Shown here piece by piece: positions 24,201 to 34,290 of a stretch of DNA of 34,290 nucleotides. Position 1 is the stretch's first letter. Each line of letters starts with the position of its first letter. A program made the translations under genes and the position numbers. The stretch spans positions 1 to 34,290 of the forward strand of contig JAUCBJ010000964.1 in NCBI GenBank assembly GCA_032718475.1, written 5' to 3'. The stretch comes from Nemertoderma westbladi (Eukaryota > Animalia > Xenacoelomorpha). Below the pieces are notes generated by a model. That model did no database searches and was not told the origin of the DNA. It was given only the letters and a program-made list of their open reading frames with translations.

Positions 24201-25162
24201 CTGTAAAAACCGCCGAAATAGGTTCTAAAATAAATTTGATAGCATTTATTTACTGATTAGAGGTGACCGTGAAATGTGCTTTTATTATCTTTTGGTAAAG
24301 ATTAAACTCATTGTATATTTCTTGTTTTAATATCGATACTTTTATAGTGTTTATTTAATCACACATACTGTACTTATATAATCGTTTATATCACCTGCCG
24401 AACCATTTTATTTTGTTTCTCATTCCCCTCCCCCGGAGCGATTATATGTTTAAAACTACTACGATACAGGCTCACCGGTTCTAGTGGCCGCTGTTCCACG
24501 TGGCAAGGAACAGATAACAGATAGAAATCTGTCCGAAGTAGTGCAGATAATATTGACTCCTTCCCATCACCTCTCCGCAATTTCCGTCTACTCGCGACTT
24601 GTCATCTCTTCGGGATAAGTATTTCGTAAGAATATGAAAACTTTAGGGATAAACTTATTGCAATATTATTCTCTCATTAAATTAATACATAATAGTACAA
24701 ATAAATTCAATTAATATATTTAATTCACAAGTAATAAACAATTTCTTTTGTTTTTAAAAGCTGGCCTCACCCGGTCACCTAACAACTCGTGTGGGCAATA
24801 AATTTAATAACTAATTCCGTCTTACCTTCCTCATAAAGCGGGCGCTGCATGGCAAGTCGGAGTATTTCGAAGGGCGAAGGGGGTGTGCGGTCAAATCTAA
24901 AGTGGGCGCTAGCGTGTTGTGGACATCTTTCCCCTGCGTTGCTGACGGCCTAACTGTTTAGGCTGCCATCCTCTCGATGTTTGGCTGTCCCAAGGTTGGA
25001 CCAAAAGAAAACATGTTCAGGAGTTTGCAGTATATTTACAGTTTAGATTCGAGCAAAGATTATCAAACAGAGTTTCAACAAGAAACCAAAATAAACTAAA
25101 TGACTAATCTGACAAGTTAACAAGGTGAATAATAACGCAAGTCAAGTGGAGTGTGAGAGAGA

Positions 25163-25723
25163 TGATAACCGAAGGCAAACCAGCCTTTTATACTAAATAT
25201 CGGACATGGAAACCAAACAGAATTTTCCACAGCTTCACATTTGAGCAATAAAGTGCCCTATGCCCTATGATTGGCCCAGCCCATCGTTCAATGCAAACCG
25301 GCCCTTACACTAATCTGGGACACGGAATACTAACAGAATTTTCCATAGCCTCACATTTGAGCAATAAGATATTTTATGCCCCATGATTGGCCTGGCTCAT
25401 CGTTCGATACGTTGTACACGTCTCATTGGTCTGCCAATTTGCACCAAATGAAAATAAATGGCCCCAAAATACAAATTTCCCGACCGGGATTCGAACTCGT
25501 AACCTATCTGTAATGTAACCAACGCCTTAACCATCTGACCACTACGCCACGAGAGTACCTAGGGGCTTTATGTGTATGTGTAAAATATAGAATATAATCA
25601 CTATCTAATTATTGCATACTTAATATTGCAGATACGGCGTAAATACAATCGATCGTACATACAAAATACAAATTTACTAATTAACTTTAGTGCCTAAAAT
25701 ACAAAAAAGGCTTTCGGTTATCA
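25163..25723 (-). promoter_or_regulatory. LTR/U3-like promoter module
   Basis: 14-bp inverted repeat tgataaccgaa(g/a)gc at 25163 and 25723 (TG..CA). Minus-strand TATAAAAG at 25185-25192 followed by a CT-rich tract. Two approximately 90-bp direct repeats (25202, 25318), each with a CCAAT box. No TSD, PBS or PPT found. Confidence 0.45.
25478..25550 (-). other. tRNA-derived sequence (SINE-head-like or pseudo-tRNA) with Pol III A and B boxes
   Basis: The minus strand reads GTGGTCAGATGGTTAAGGCG..GAGTTCGAATCCCG. No acceptor stem or anticodon arm can be formed. Confidence 0.65.
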
Positions 25724-26140
25724 AGGTAAGCAAATTAAACAAATTAGATCAAAACAAATTAGAACAAATTAAACAAATAATTTCAAATCTCCTTCGATAA
25801 ATCTTTATATATTGTAAATATACATAATAAACTTTCACCAAATTAAATCAGTCCAAATATAATATAAACATAAGGCGCTAATAACTTTAAATAAGTCTTA
25901 AAGTGTTCTCCTGACGAGCTTAAGAGTTCGTCCTGCTGGTCTGGATATCTTCTCCTGAGCACTAATTGCTAACGGTAGGCTCGCAAGCCTTCCTTCTCTA
26001 TCTCGCTCCTCCAAACCCAACGTTCATACATAACGTCCAATATAAGCATCCAAATAAATATCCGAATATAATATCCAATATAAATATCCAATATAACATC
26101 CAATATCGGTAGGCTCGCAAGCCTTCCTTCTTCTCGCTTC

Positions 26141-27966
26141 CTATTCCTTCGCTGAGCGTGCTCGTCCACGTCCTCTAGTGCGATTTGGTGGTGGTCGAGG
26201 TCGAACTGGGTTCGGACTTCGGTGTCGAGTCGTCGGTGGTTCCAAAACGCTAGGAAAGGGGACGACGGGAGTTTCGCACATCCGTCGTGCACTCAATCCT
26301 CTAAATCCTCGTCCGATTCCAATGGTCGACTTAGCATCGGATCGAGTCTCCACAACGCTAGGAGGAAGTCGAAAGGTTGGGACTGTTCCATCCGCTGACA
26401 CCTCGCTCTCTGACGTCGTTTGGGTTCTAATGGGTTCAGGCAAAGCGTATCCTGTCCCTCCGCGTGGTTCTCTAGCAAGGGAAACCGTGCCCCGAGTCAT
26501 CCGGATTTGCGACTTCGATGCCGTCCTCTCGGCGACATTTACTACCTTCTTTATCTCTTGTCCGGCCTTCTGGGCTTTGAGTATACGAAATTGCTGATCA
26601 TCCTGTGGGTGACGCGTCTTCTCTGCTAACGGCGTGGCCTTGAAGCCAGTCTCACGCAAAACGTCGGTCTCGTCCAGAATACACGAGGTTACGCATTTGT
26701 GATAAAATGCGCTCCGGTATGCCCAAGCTATCGAATGCCAGGCTCCTCGATTTCGCTATTCAACTCGCAGTTTATCGAATTCTCCGGCGGTAATCTTGTT
26801 CATCATAGTTTGAAAGTTCCAAGTATTCTTGTTGTCGGGGTGCACCTGTAAGAAATAGTCCCGCACAACTTTGAATCCACTGTCCAATGGCAATATATCC
26901 AGCACCTCCAACAATTCATCATACTGAGGCATAGCCGATACATATCCTTCCTTTGACATTATGAGAGGGTTTACGGCGGCCCAAAATCCCAAATGTGCTC
27001 TCATAGGGAAACGGCGTCGCTGCGTCGATACATGCTCGTCTGCTAGATCCTCCCAATGGTCGAATAACTGTCGGACGATTTTAACTGACATGTGCTCATA
27101 GGGGACGTCTCTAAGTTGACATTCCGATGCCCTATGGCCCTTAATATTACAATACGTGCACTGCGCCACGAAACGCCAGCAAGTGTAGAAAGTGTGCGAA
27201 CGTTGATCCCCGCACCAGTTGCATACTAAGTCCGGTAGAGAGATATGTGCTTTGCTCCGCATTTCTTTGCGTGATGGCCAGTTGCCCCGCATCTCCCACA
27301 AATAGTGTTGGCAGGGTACCAAACTCGCTCATAGATGAGATCTCCGATGGGGCGAGCGCTACCATCCACGTGATAATTCTCATCATCCGGGTCAGTCGGT
27401 ATGTTCGTCTCCGTAGGTTGTACACAAACCATAGCATCGCTTTTCTCCAACTCGCGTATCTGTTAGTTTTTAGATCTGTTAGATGTTGTACTGTTAGTTG
27501 TTGGCAGTACCCTATCTATTTCAAAAGCAGTATAGTGTCCCGGGACGAAACCCAGATGAATAACCACCCCCGCTGCCCTGATGATAATATCGTTCCCCAT
27601 TTGCCCATCCCACGTATGAATTTTGAAAGTGTAACCCAATGAATATGAAAGGGCACACAATATTGCATGGGTTCCCCATTCCGCTCCGTGACGTAGGTTC
27701 TCTATATACCTTGCGTATGTTTAACCCCCCCATTTCCAAAAATCCACGATACTCTGGATTATCATTAAAAAAATTGGCGGCCGTATTACGTAACTCACCT
27801 ACATTGTATAACTGTGCAGTTCCTAGGTATACGGCGGTGACTATCGAGGCAAACATGCAGTCCCCGTCGTCACCGCTGCATTCGAGTTGCATTAGTCCCA
27901 ATTGGGCAGCAGCCCGGCCCACAGTCCGCCCGGTGTTGATCATCTCCACCACTATCGGATTCCAAG
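26141..27966 (-). pseudogene. OTU-family cysteine protease plus three CCHC zinc knuckles, an unknown region and an Arg/Pro-rich tail (about 600 codons)
   Basis: GDDGDCMFASI..LRNTAANF / YIENLRHGAEWGTHAILCALS..IHLGFVPGHY (OTU Cys, WG and His boxes); CGRCGATGHHAKKC, CNWCGDQRSHTFYTC, CTYCNIKGHRASEC. Frameshifts in a G-run (about 27725) and a CT-run (about 27240); in-frame stops at 27463 and 26756. Confidence 0.8.
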
Positions 27967-28275
27967 CTGAAAAATATAAAAATAGATAATATCATAAAAA
28001 GTTAGATCTTGCATCTCAGATAAAACTCCTTCTCCACTCCCAATATCCAGTGACTGGCCGGAATCAAGTGGTCTGAAAATTCCGCCACCAGCATCGACGT
28101 TTTCCCCCCGGGTGTCGGGAATAACGGCAACATTATTTTAAATTTGATTATTCTACTTATATGGGGAGGGGCGAGCCGTGAAGTGTGTGAAAGCATATAG
28201 GTGTCACTGGCGAGTTGCCTTATCGCCGTCTGTCACCACCACAAATTTTTGATTGCTAATAACTCAATTATTTCG

Positions 28276-28585
28276 TGATTTGATGAAAAAAAGGGGTGAG
28301 CCATGAAGCGAGTGAAGCCTTAGCATATGGGTACCATTAGCGAGTTGTGGGGGCGAGCTACGATGAAGTAAGGAAGGTTATTGTATTTATAATATTACTA
28401 TTTTAATTTGATTATTTTACTTAAATCTGCCATCACTTTTATTTAAAAATTTCTCCCGCCACCTCACCCACTTATCCCGCCATCGCCATCTGCCCAAGTT
28501 ATTTTGTTGATTTGATGAAAAAATAGGGCGAGCCATGAAGCGAGTGAAGCCTTAGCATATGGCTACCATTAACGAGTTGTGGGGG
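28276..28585. repeat. Intergenic 78-bp direct repeat x2, plus a diverged third copy near 28168
   Basis: tgatttgatgaaaaaa..ggg.gagccatgaagcgagtgaagccttagcatatgg.taccatta.cgagttgtggggg at 28276-28353 and 28508-28585. Confidence 0.85.
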
Positions 28586-28633
28586 AGCATGTAGGTACTA
28601 TTGTTGAATTTGCCGATTATTATTGTTATTATA

Positions 28634-29060
28634 TTAATTGTCGTAATTATTACTTACATTAATTTTCGGTAGGTGGCAGTGTGTGAATTTCACCAACCAT
28701 CCGCGGCGGAATATGCACATCGGCCGCCGACTGGCTATCGGCGAGATAGCAATCCCCGGGCGCGCCGGGAGCACCCCATCTTTACGTGGTACGTCCCGTA
28801 TTCTATCTTCCCACGCGAATCTCCGCGCTACCATCATTAAATGTCGCCCCCTTGTTAAGGGGCGATGAATGAAGGCAACAGACAACAGACATCGGTTTAT
28901 AGGGTTTAACTTCGGGCGTTATAAATGTCACCGTTGGTTTATTAGGCCTCCTAAGTGGTTCGATAGCACCCCCTCGAGGCCCCCACCCAAAAGTTTGGGG
29001 CACCCTACCAGAAACTGGTATTTGTTGGTTGGGTTCAACGATTTTATTCGCTTCAGCCAT
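28634..29060 (-). pseudogene. Unknown basic Arg/Pro-rich protein (about 140 aa) split by a 7-bp duplication
   Basis: ORFs 28803-29060 and 28634-28885 fuse in frame if one copy of aacagac (28877-28890) is removed. A GTAAGT donor-like site lies near the end. Confidence 0.5.
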
Positions 29061-29494
29061 TATAATACAGAAATTATTATACTGCTATATGGCCAGTCAA
29101 CCATGTCAAACGCTCCCCCCCCCCCCCCCCCCCCCCCCATTAATTAAGCAATCTGATGTAAAACCGAATTCAACATCTGATTTACCACCCTTCAACTTAG
29201 AAATCGCCTCAGCTACCAATTTGGCAGAAACAGACATACTTTCGTCAATAACAAGATTTTGCAATTCTGAAATAGTTTAGAATCAACGATTATAATATAT
29301 TTTAAAAATCGGAAAAAATGAACAACAGAGGGTGGCATACACTACACCAATAATATAATATTTTTTTCAGATTATTAAATCGCCATTTATATTTACTATA
29401 GTACAAAGCGGTTTGGTTGAATGGCTTAGTGTGGAGTGGGGTGGTGGGAAGAATATGGAAGTTTATAGAAGAACAAACAATAATTCTTATGACA

Positions 29495-30560
29495 TTATGT
29501 AATAAGCCTCTCTTCAATAAACTCCTTTACTTTATTCGGTTCTGATGGCCATATATATGATATATGGGCATCAGCCTCTGCTGATATGGTTGTCTCCCCA
29601 TCCGCCTGTGTGATGGTACCCCACATCGACCATCCCACTACAGACAAACCACATTCTCTATTGATTCTTCCTGCAATACTTTTTCTCTGCATTCTTCAAG
29701 GCTGGAACACCGAAATTACCAAGAGGTAAAGTCAGCGGAGAAGGATTAATAAAAAGTTTTGATAGATTGAAAGAGAATAGCCCGTCCTCGGCTTCTGGAA
29801 ATCCTGGAATTTCTGGATTGATAAACATTCCAGCACACCAGTTGGCTGAACGCCTGCTCTTATAATAACACACACATACTGCCTCCTTGGTGCTGGCATG
29901 TTTATCGCACAGAGCCCACTACACCTCTCCCTACAACACACACCCCGGAGATACTGACTTTTACACACTTGTAGCTAAACATATGAGTGTCAGTATCGCC
30001 AGGGTATTGGTTGTAGGGGACGTAGGGAACTTCGTACACTGGGCCAGGGGTTAGTTTTATAGGGGATCCAGTATGTATAATGGGATTAGACGAGTCGTTG
30101 CTCATATATTTACAGTTGAAATATGCAATCCATAATCCACAATATACAATCCACGATCGTGTATCATGGACTTCCTTTGTTCGTAATTTCAATTTATCCT
30201 GATTTTACCTTTAAAACCTACGCAAATGGAGTTGAGGTTAGAATTCTGAGTTTATCTAAGAATAGAGTTTTTAATCTCAAAAAAAACATATTTTGGATGA
30301 TGCCGTTCGTCAGTTGACTACGCTTAGTAAGACACCAGGACATAAAGAGGAGATCATAATGCGAAACATGGAGCTCTTGGGATGTTGTCAATTTGGAGGG
30401 CGCAATTATTATATGATGGCGGGCCTTTGATCTAGAACTCGATACATGATTATCTTGTTGCCATTATCTCGTCATGATATTGACGTCACACCTCTCCTTT
30501 GTTCTTTCTCTAACATATGAACACTTTCCATTGTCATATTTTAATCATCTACCTCTATAA
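29495..30560 (-). pseudogene. Decayed gene of an unnamed Cys-motif family
   Basis: Joined frames: NKIIMYRVLD..SSLCPGVLLSVVN..NPIIHTGSPIKL..EVPYVP..CSG/LCDKHASTKEAVCVCY..FSFNLSKLFI..INRECGLSVVGWSMWG..HISYIWP. Several frameshifts. Confidence 0.5.
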
Positions 30561-30633
30561 AAAGCTATCATGATGGCCACGGTTCACTCTAGAAACATTT
30601 CCATATAAATTTTTATCCTTTTCTGTCATCTAA

Positions 30634-31755
30634 TTACAATGTTTTCTTACATATAAGAATATATTTACTTTTTGTATTAACTTCGCCAAACCCTTCAGCT
30701 AATTTGCCATGAAATACCGAATCTTCAACAAACTGAAATGTATACTCTTCATTCCAACGAAATGAAGCTTTCATTACTGACCTACATCTTTTTGTGTTAA
30801 AATTTAATTGTATAACACATTGCTGTAAGAAGTTACCATGTTCAGTGGGCAAACTCTCACCTCTACCATTATTGTAAGATTTACAAATAACGAATATATC
30901 CTTGCCTGGAATGTGATTCATCATTTCAACATTATCAACCATATCAACTGTAGGAACAAGATCACAAATATCTCCTGCAACCTGATCTGCGACCATATCA
31001 CCTAAATGTAAGTGGCCTAAAACCACACTAATTTTCTCCAGGCAATCAGTAACATTCGTATTAGACCTTGGAACCCTTGTGTTATTATTGACAACACGCT
31101 GCAGATAATTTAGAACTGACTGTTGAGTGACGATTTTCGGTTCAATATTCAACAATGTGTGATACAACACATGGCAATACATTATACAAACTGCAATCAT
31201 AAACCTGGTGCTAAATTGTCTACTTTATGAATAACCCAAGGTCTCATTCCAGTACTTGATTAAGTCTGTATACAAGGCATTTCTTTTCTTGATATTTCCC
31301 TAACAGATTGTTTCCCAATTTTTATCACTCGTTGCTTTCTTATAACAATATCAATATGTATCATATGTCATATGTGCTGTATCAATATGTATTGCTCCTT
31401 GTAAATTATCCTTTATTTTATCAGGTGGCGGCAAATCATGTCTTTACATCTTCCACATAATTATCTTCTAGGTTAGGTCTACCATCCCTAACGAATTCAA
31501 TAACATCCACTCTGTATTCCAAAATTAGTCTATTAGCCTTCTCTAATCTGTTATCATCATAAAAACAAATGGAAACTGAATCCGCGGATCCAACTCTATG
31601 AATGTTGAAGATATTCTGTTGTAACCACCTTTTGTATTTATCGTCCGATACGAATCCACATGCTATCCAACTCTTGGTACTGATTACATGGGGTGATATC
31701 TTTGCCATAGATAATACATCTGGCCACGCGAACAAGTATCTTGCATTATCGTCAC
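30634..31755 (-). pseudogene. Decayed unknown gene (ORF remnants of 99 aa and 188 aa)
   Basis: Acceptor-like ttacag at 31756 followed by ORF 31436-31735, a stop-broken linker, and ORF 30634-31200. Long open frames in AT-rich DNA; no family recognised. Confidence 0.4.
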
Positions 31756-31997
31756 CTGTAATATATTTAAAACTTTTTTAAATATAAAGATTAAATAAAA
31801 TATAACATCAAACAAAAAAAAATGAAAAAAAGACTGCAGACACTACAGATGCCATAGATAATACATCTGGCCACGCGAACAAGTATCTTGCATTATCGTC
31901 ACCTGTAATGTATTTAAAACTTTTTTAAATATAAAGATTAAATAAAATATAACATCAAACAAAAAAAAATGAAAAAAAGACTGCAGACACTACAGAT
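31704..31997. repeat. Recent 147-bp tandem duplication
   Basis: 31704-31850 and 31851-31997 are nearly identical, with tg microhomology at the junction. Confidence 0.92.
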
Positions 31998-32222
31998 GTG
32001 TCTCTGTCTATATGACAGTGATTTCTAACAAACTATTAATTTAGTGTTTGTTTATTTAAGAGATTGACACAGTGAGTAAAGGAAAGTAAGAGTAAGGGTG
32101 TGTTCATAAAGTATTTCACGCAATAGGGAGGGGGGGGGGGGGGGGGATCAGGGAAAATTTGCGTGACATACTTTATACTACTACTACGACTAGGATCGGC
32201 ATGCTGCATTGCAGCTGCATTT

Positions 32223-32365
32223 TTAAGTATGCTGTGCCGGCTTGTCGACAAAATTACGCCGCCACAACTCCCTATCACCTATGACATTTGCTAGATCATC
32301 CGCATCTTCAAGGCCATTGTCCTTTAAGATGCGTCTCAAGAAATTCATGGGCTGACCAGCATGGA
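32223..32365 (-). mobile_element. Possible C-terminal tail of an RTE-like non-LTR retrotransposon ORF
   Basis: A minus frame reads GQPMNFLRRILKDNGLEDADDLANVIGDRELWRRNFV, resembling the GRP..D-x-GL..DR-x-x-WR tail of RTE-type LINEs. Confidence 0.4.
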
Positions 32366-33292
32366 TTGACATACTTTATGAACACCCCCGGATATCAATA
32401 GTAAGTTGTATTATCGTTACATATCTGTGAAGCATACACCACAATTTAATAAAAATTGTTTGATAATGAAAAATTTAAGTACTAGTTATATTTTGGGAAA
32501 AAAAAATTTCAATACGATATAGTGGCTGATAACATATTGGTATTAACTGTGACTTGTAGACTCACCCATTAATTTTGCAGATAGGGTGGGAAACTGGACG
32601 CAATAAAAATTCACCCCTCTCCAGGGGAAATTGGACGCAAATAACACATGATTACTCTCAAAACTGTAACCTGTTTTATTGTATTTAGTTTATTGTTTTG
32701 GTTAAAAAAAAACGTGCCACTGTAACCTGCTCCTTTCCCTAAAATGAGAATTTAACATTGAGGCGGGATATTAATTCGCCAAGGCGGGTATTGCGTCTAG
32801 TTTTCCCCCCTGTCTCAAATTTTGTAATAGCTTCTTTTTCGATGTTTGTAACATAATATTCTAAACAAATATTTTTATACTCTAAAAATAAAAATAAATA
32901 CCCTATACAACATATTTTTTTATTTTTTTTTATTTTATATTTTTTTAACTTTACATGTTACAAAAATTAATTAATTACGCACCACCTACACTTTATCACA
33001 ATCTATTGATAAATTAGCTATTTAATTCGAATTAAATTAATTGTAAATATATCATATATCGTCGGAAAGGGTCTATAAAGCAGATGCCACCTATCTATAA
33101 AGTGATATCAGATTCTTAGTAGTAACACGGCGTGCACCATGAAATGACCTCAGATATATTTATCCTCACAAATACTTGCAAATGTTTGTAAAATATGTAC
33201 TTGATATGAATAAACTAACGGCCACCATCTCCTTTAGATAAATATTTCGAACATTCAGCATATAAAATATAATATCCATTCTGACACTCAAC

Positions 33293-33445
33293 CTAGAATT
33301 AAAAAAAATAAATAAAAGATTCCTTTAAAATACTACATGCAAAATGTACGCGTTGTATAGGTACTAGAATTAAAAAAAATAAATAAAAGATTCCTTGAAA
33401 ATACTACATGCAAAATACATGCAAAATGTACGCGTTGTATAGGTA
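33293..33445. repeat. 71-bp tandem duplication; the second copy has an internal 11-bp duplication
   Basis: ctagaattaaaaaaaataaataaaagattcc..gttgtataggta at 33293 and 33364. Confidence 0.88.
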
Positions 33446-33931
33446 CATGGCATTCTATACGTATAGCTTTCTAGTTTATTTAGAAGGATTTAATGTTTCA
33501 TTGCATGGAAGGCCTTCTTCAGATCAATGTAATGTAATGTAATGTTCATTTAGAAACCACCTATATGCCATTTTTGCCGAAATAAAGATTGCTGCATTTC
33601 TCTATGTTAAAATGTATTCGGAATCCGATTAACACACTTAGAAGGCCATACTCCCACATATAATTGAGATATTTAACGTTTCAAAACCACCTACAGTATA
33701 TGCCAGTTTTGCATAGACAGCATGATAAATAATGTTTTTTTAATACAACCTATATAATACATTTTACTATTAGAAATAGAGTAAGCCCGGGAAACGTTGA
33801 TATAAAATTGGAAACAATGAATAAGGAGCTAGAATTGTTGTTTATTATGATAGAGAGAGATTTGTTTTATATTTTTAAAACTTAATAATCGAATTTGTCT
33901 TAAAGGGTTTTATTTCTTTTTGAGTTATCAT

Positions 33932-34005
33932 ATACATATAAGATACATATAAGATACATATAAGATACATATAAGATACATATAAGATACATATAAGATA
34001 CATAT
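33932..34005. repeat. 11-bp tandem repeat (atacatataag), about 6.7 copies
   Basis: Directly visible. Confidence 0.93.
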
Positions 34006-34290
34006 TTATTTATTTAATTTAATATCGTACGTTATTAACACAGTAATAAGTACAGCGTAGAAAAGTATACTAATAACTAGGTAGCACAAATAGAGTGTAA
34101 AGTAAGTAAATACAGAGCCAACAGGAACAGACAAACCAGGATTAATGATGGCACATGAACAGCAAGATGGTAGCTAGTAATTTTGTGATATTGGTACAAG
34201 TATTATGTATAACCAGTACTAGTACAGTATGTATGTATACAGCACATTTGTCCACATTTGTCCACATTTGTTCAGCACATAGCCCATTTG

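Noticed and set aside
25478-25550. Functional tRNA gene
   Set aside because: A and B boxes only; the acceptor stem and anticodon arm do not fold.
25163-25723. Clean solo LTR
   Set aside because: TG..CA ends are present but the flanks (gaga / aggt) give no TSD, and no PBS or PPT is adjacent. Kept only as LTR-like.
29302-29517. Densovirus NS3-like protein (WCSVCHPLLF)
   Set aside because: Only a short C-x2-C resemblance, with no NS1 or capsid nearby; insufficient evidence.

Overview
AT-rich eukaryotic (probably invertebrate) DNA with no intact host gene that I can support. It is a dense patch of mobile-element and virus relics. The main contents are: (1) a young Ty3/Gypsy LTR retrotransposon (16571-21188, minus strand, 4-bp TSD ATTG) with three near-identical 230-bp LTRs, the extra one joined through an 18-nt copy of a tRNA-Trp-like 3' end; (2) a lightly decayed ORF (8919-10099, minus) resembling a chuvirus-like (Jingchuvirales) nucleoprotein, i.e. 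an endogenous RNA-virus element; (3) an OTU-protease plus triple CCHC zinc-knuckle pseudogene at the left end of a run of co-oriented decayed unknown genes (about 26.1-31.8 kb); (4) two or three relics of one unnamed Cys-motif protein family; (5) fragments of an old Gypsy, a DIRS/Ngaro RT, a hATm-type transposase and possibly a LINE tail; (6) several MITEs and a 34-bp minisatellite. Nearly all coding relics lie on the minus strand, as in a uni-strand piRNA cluster. Family assignments come from motif recognition by eye, not from database searches.
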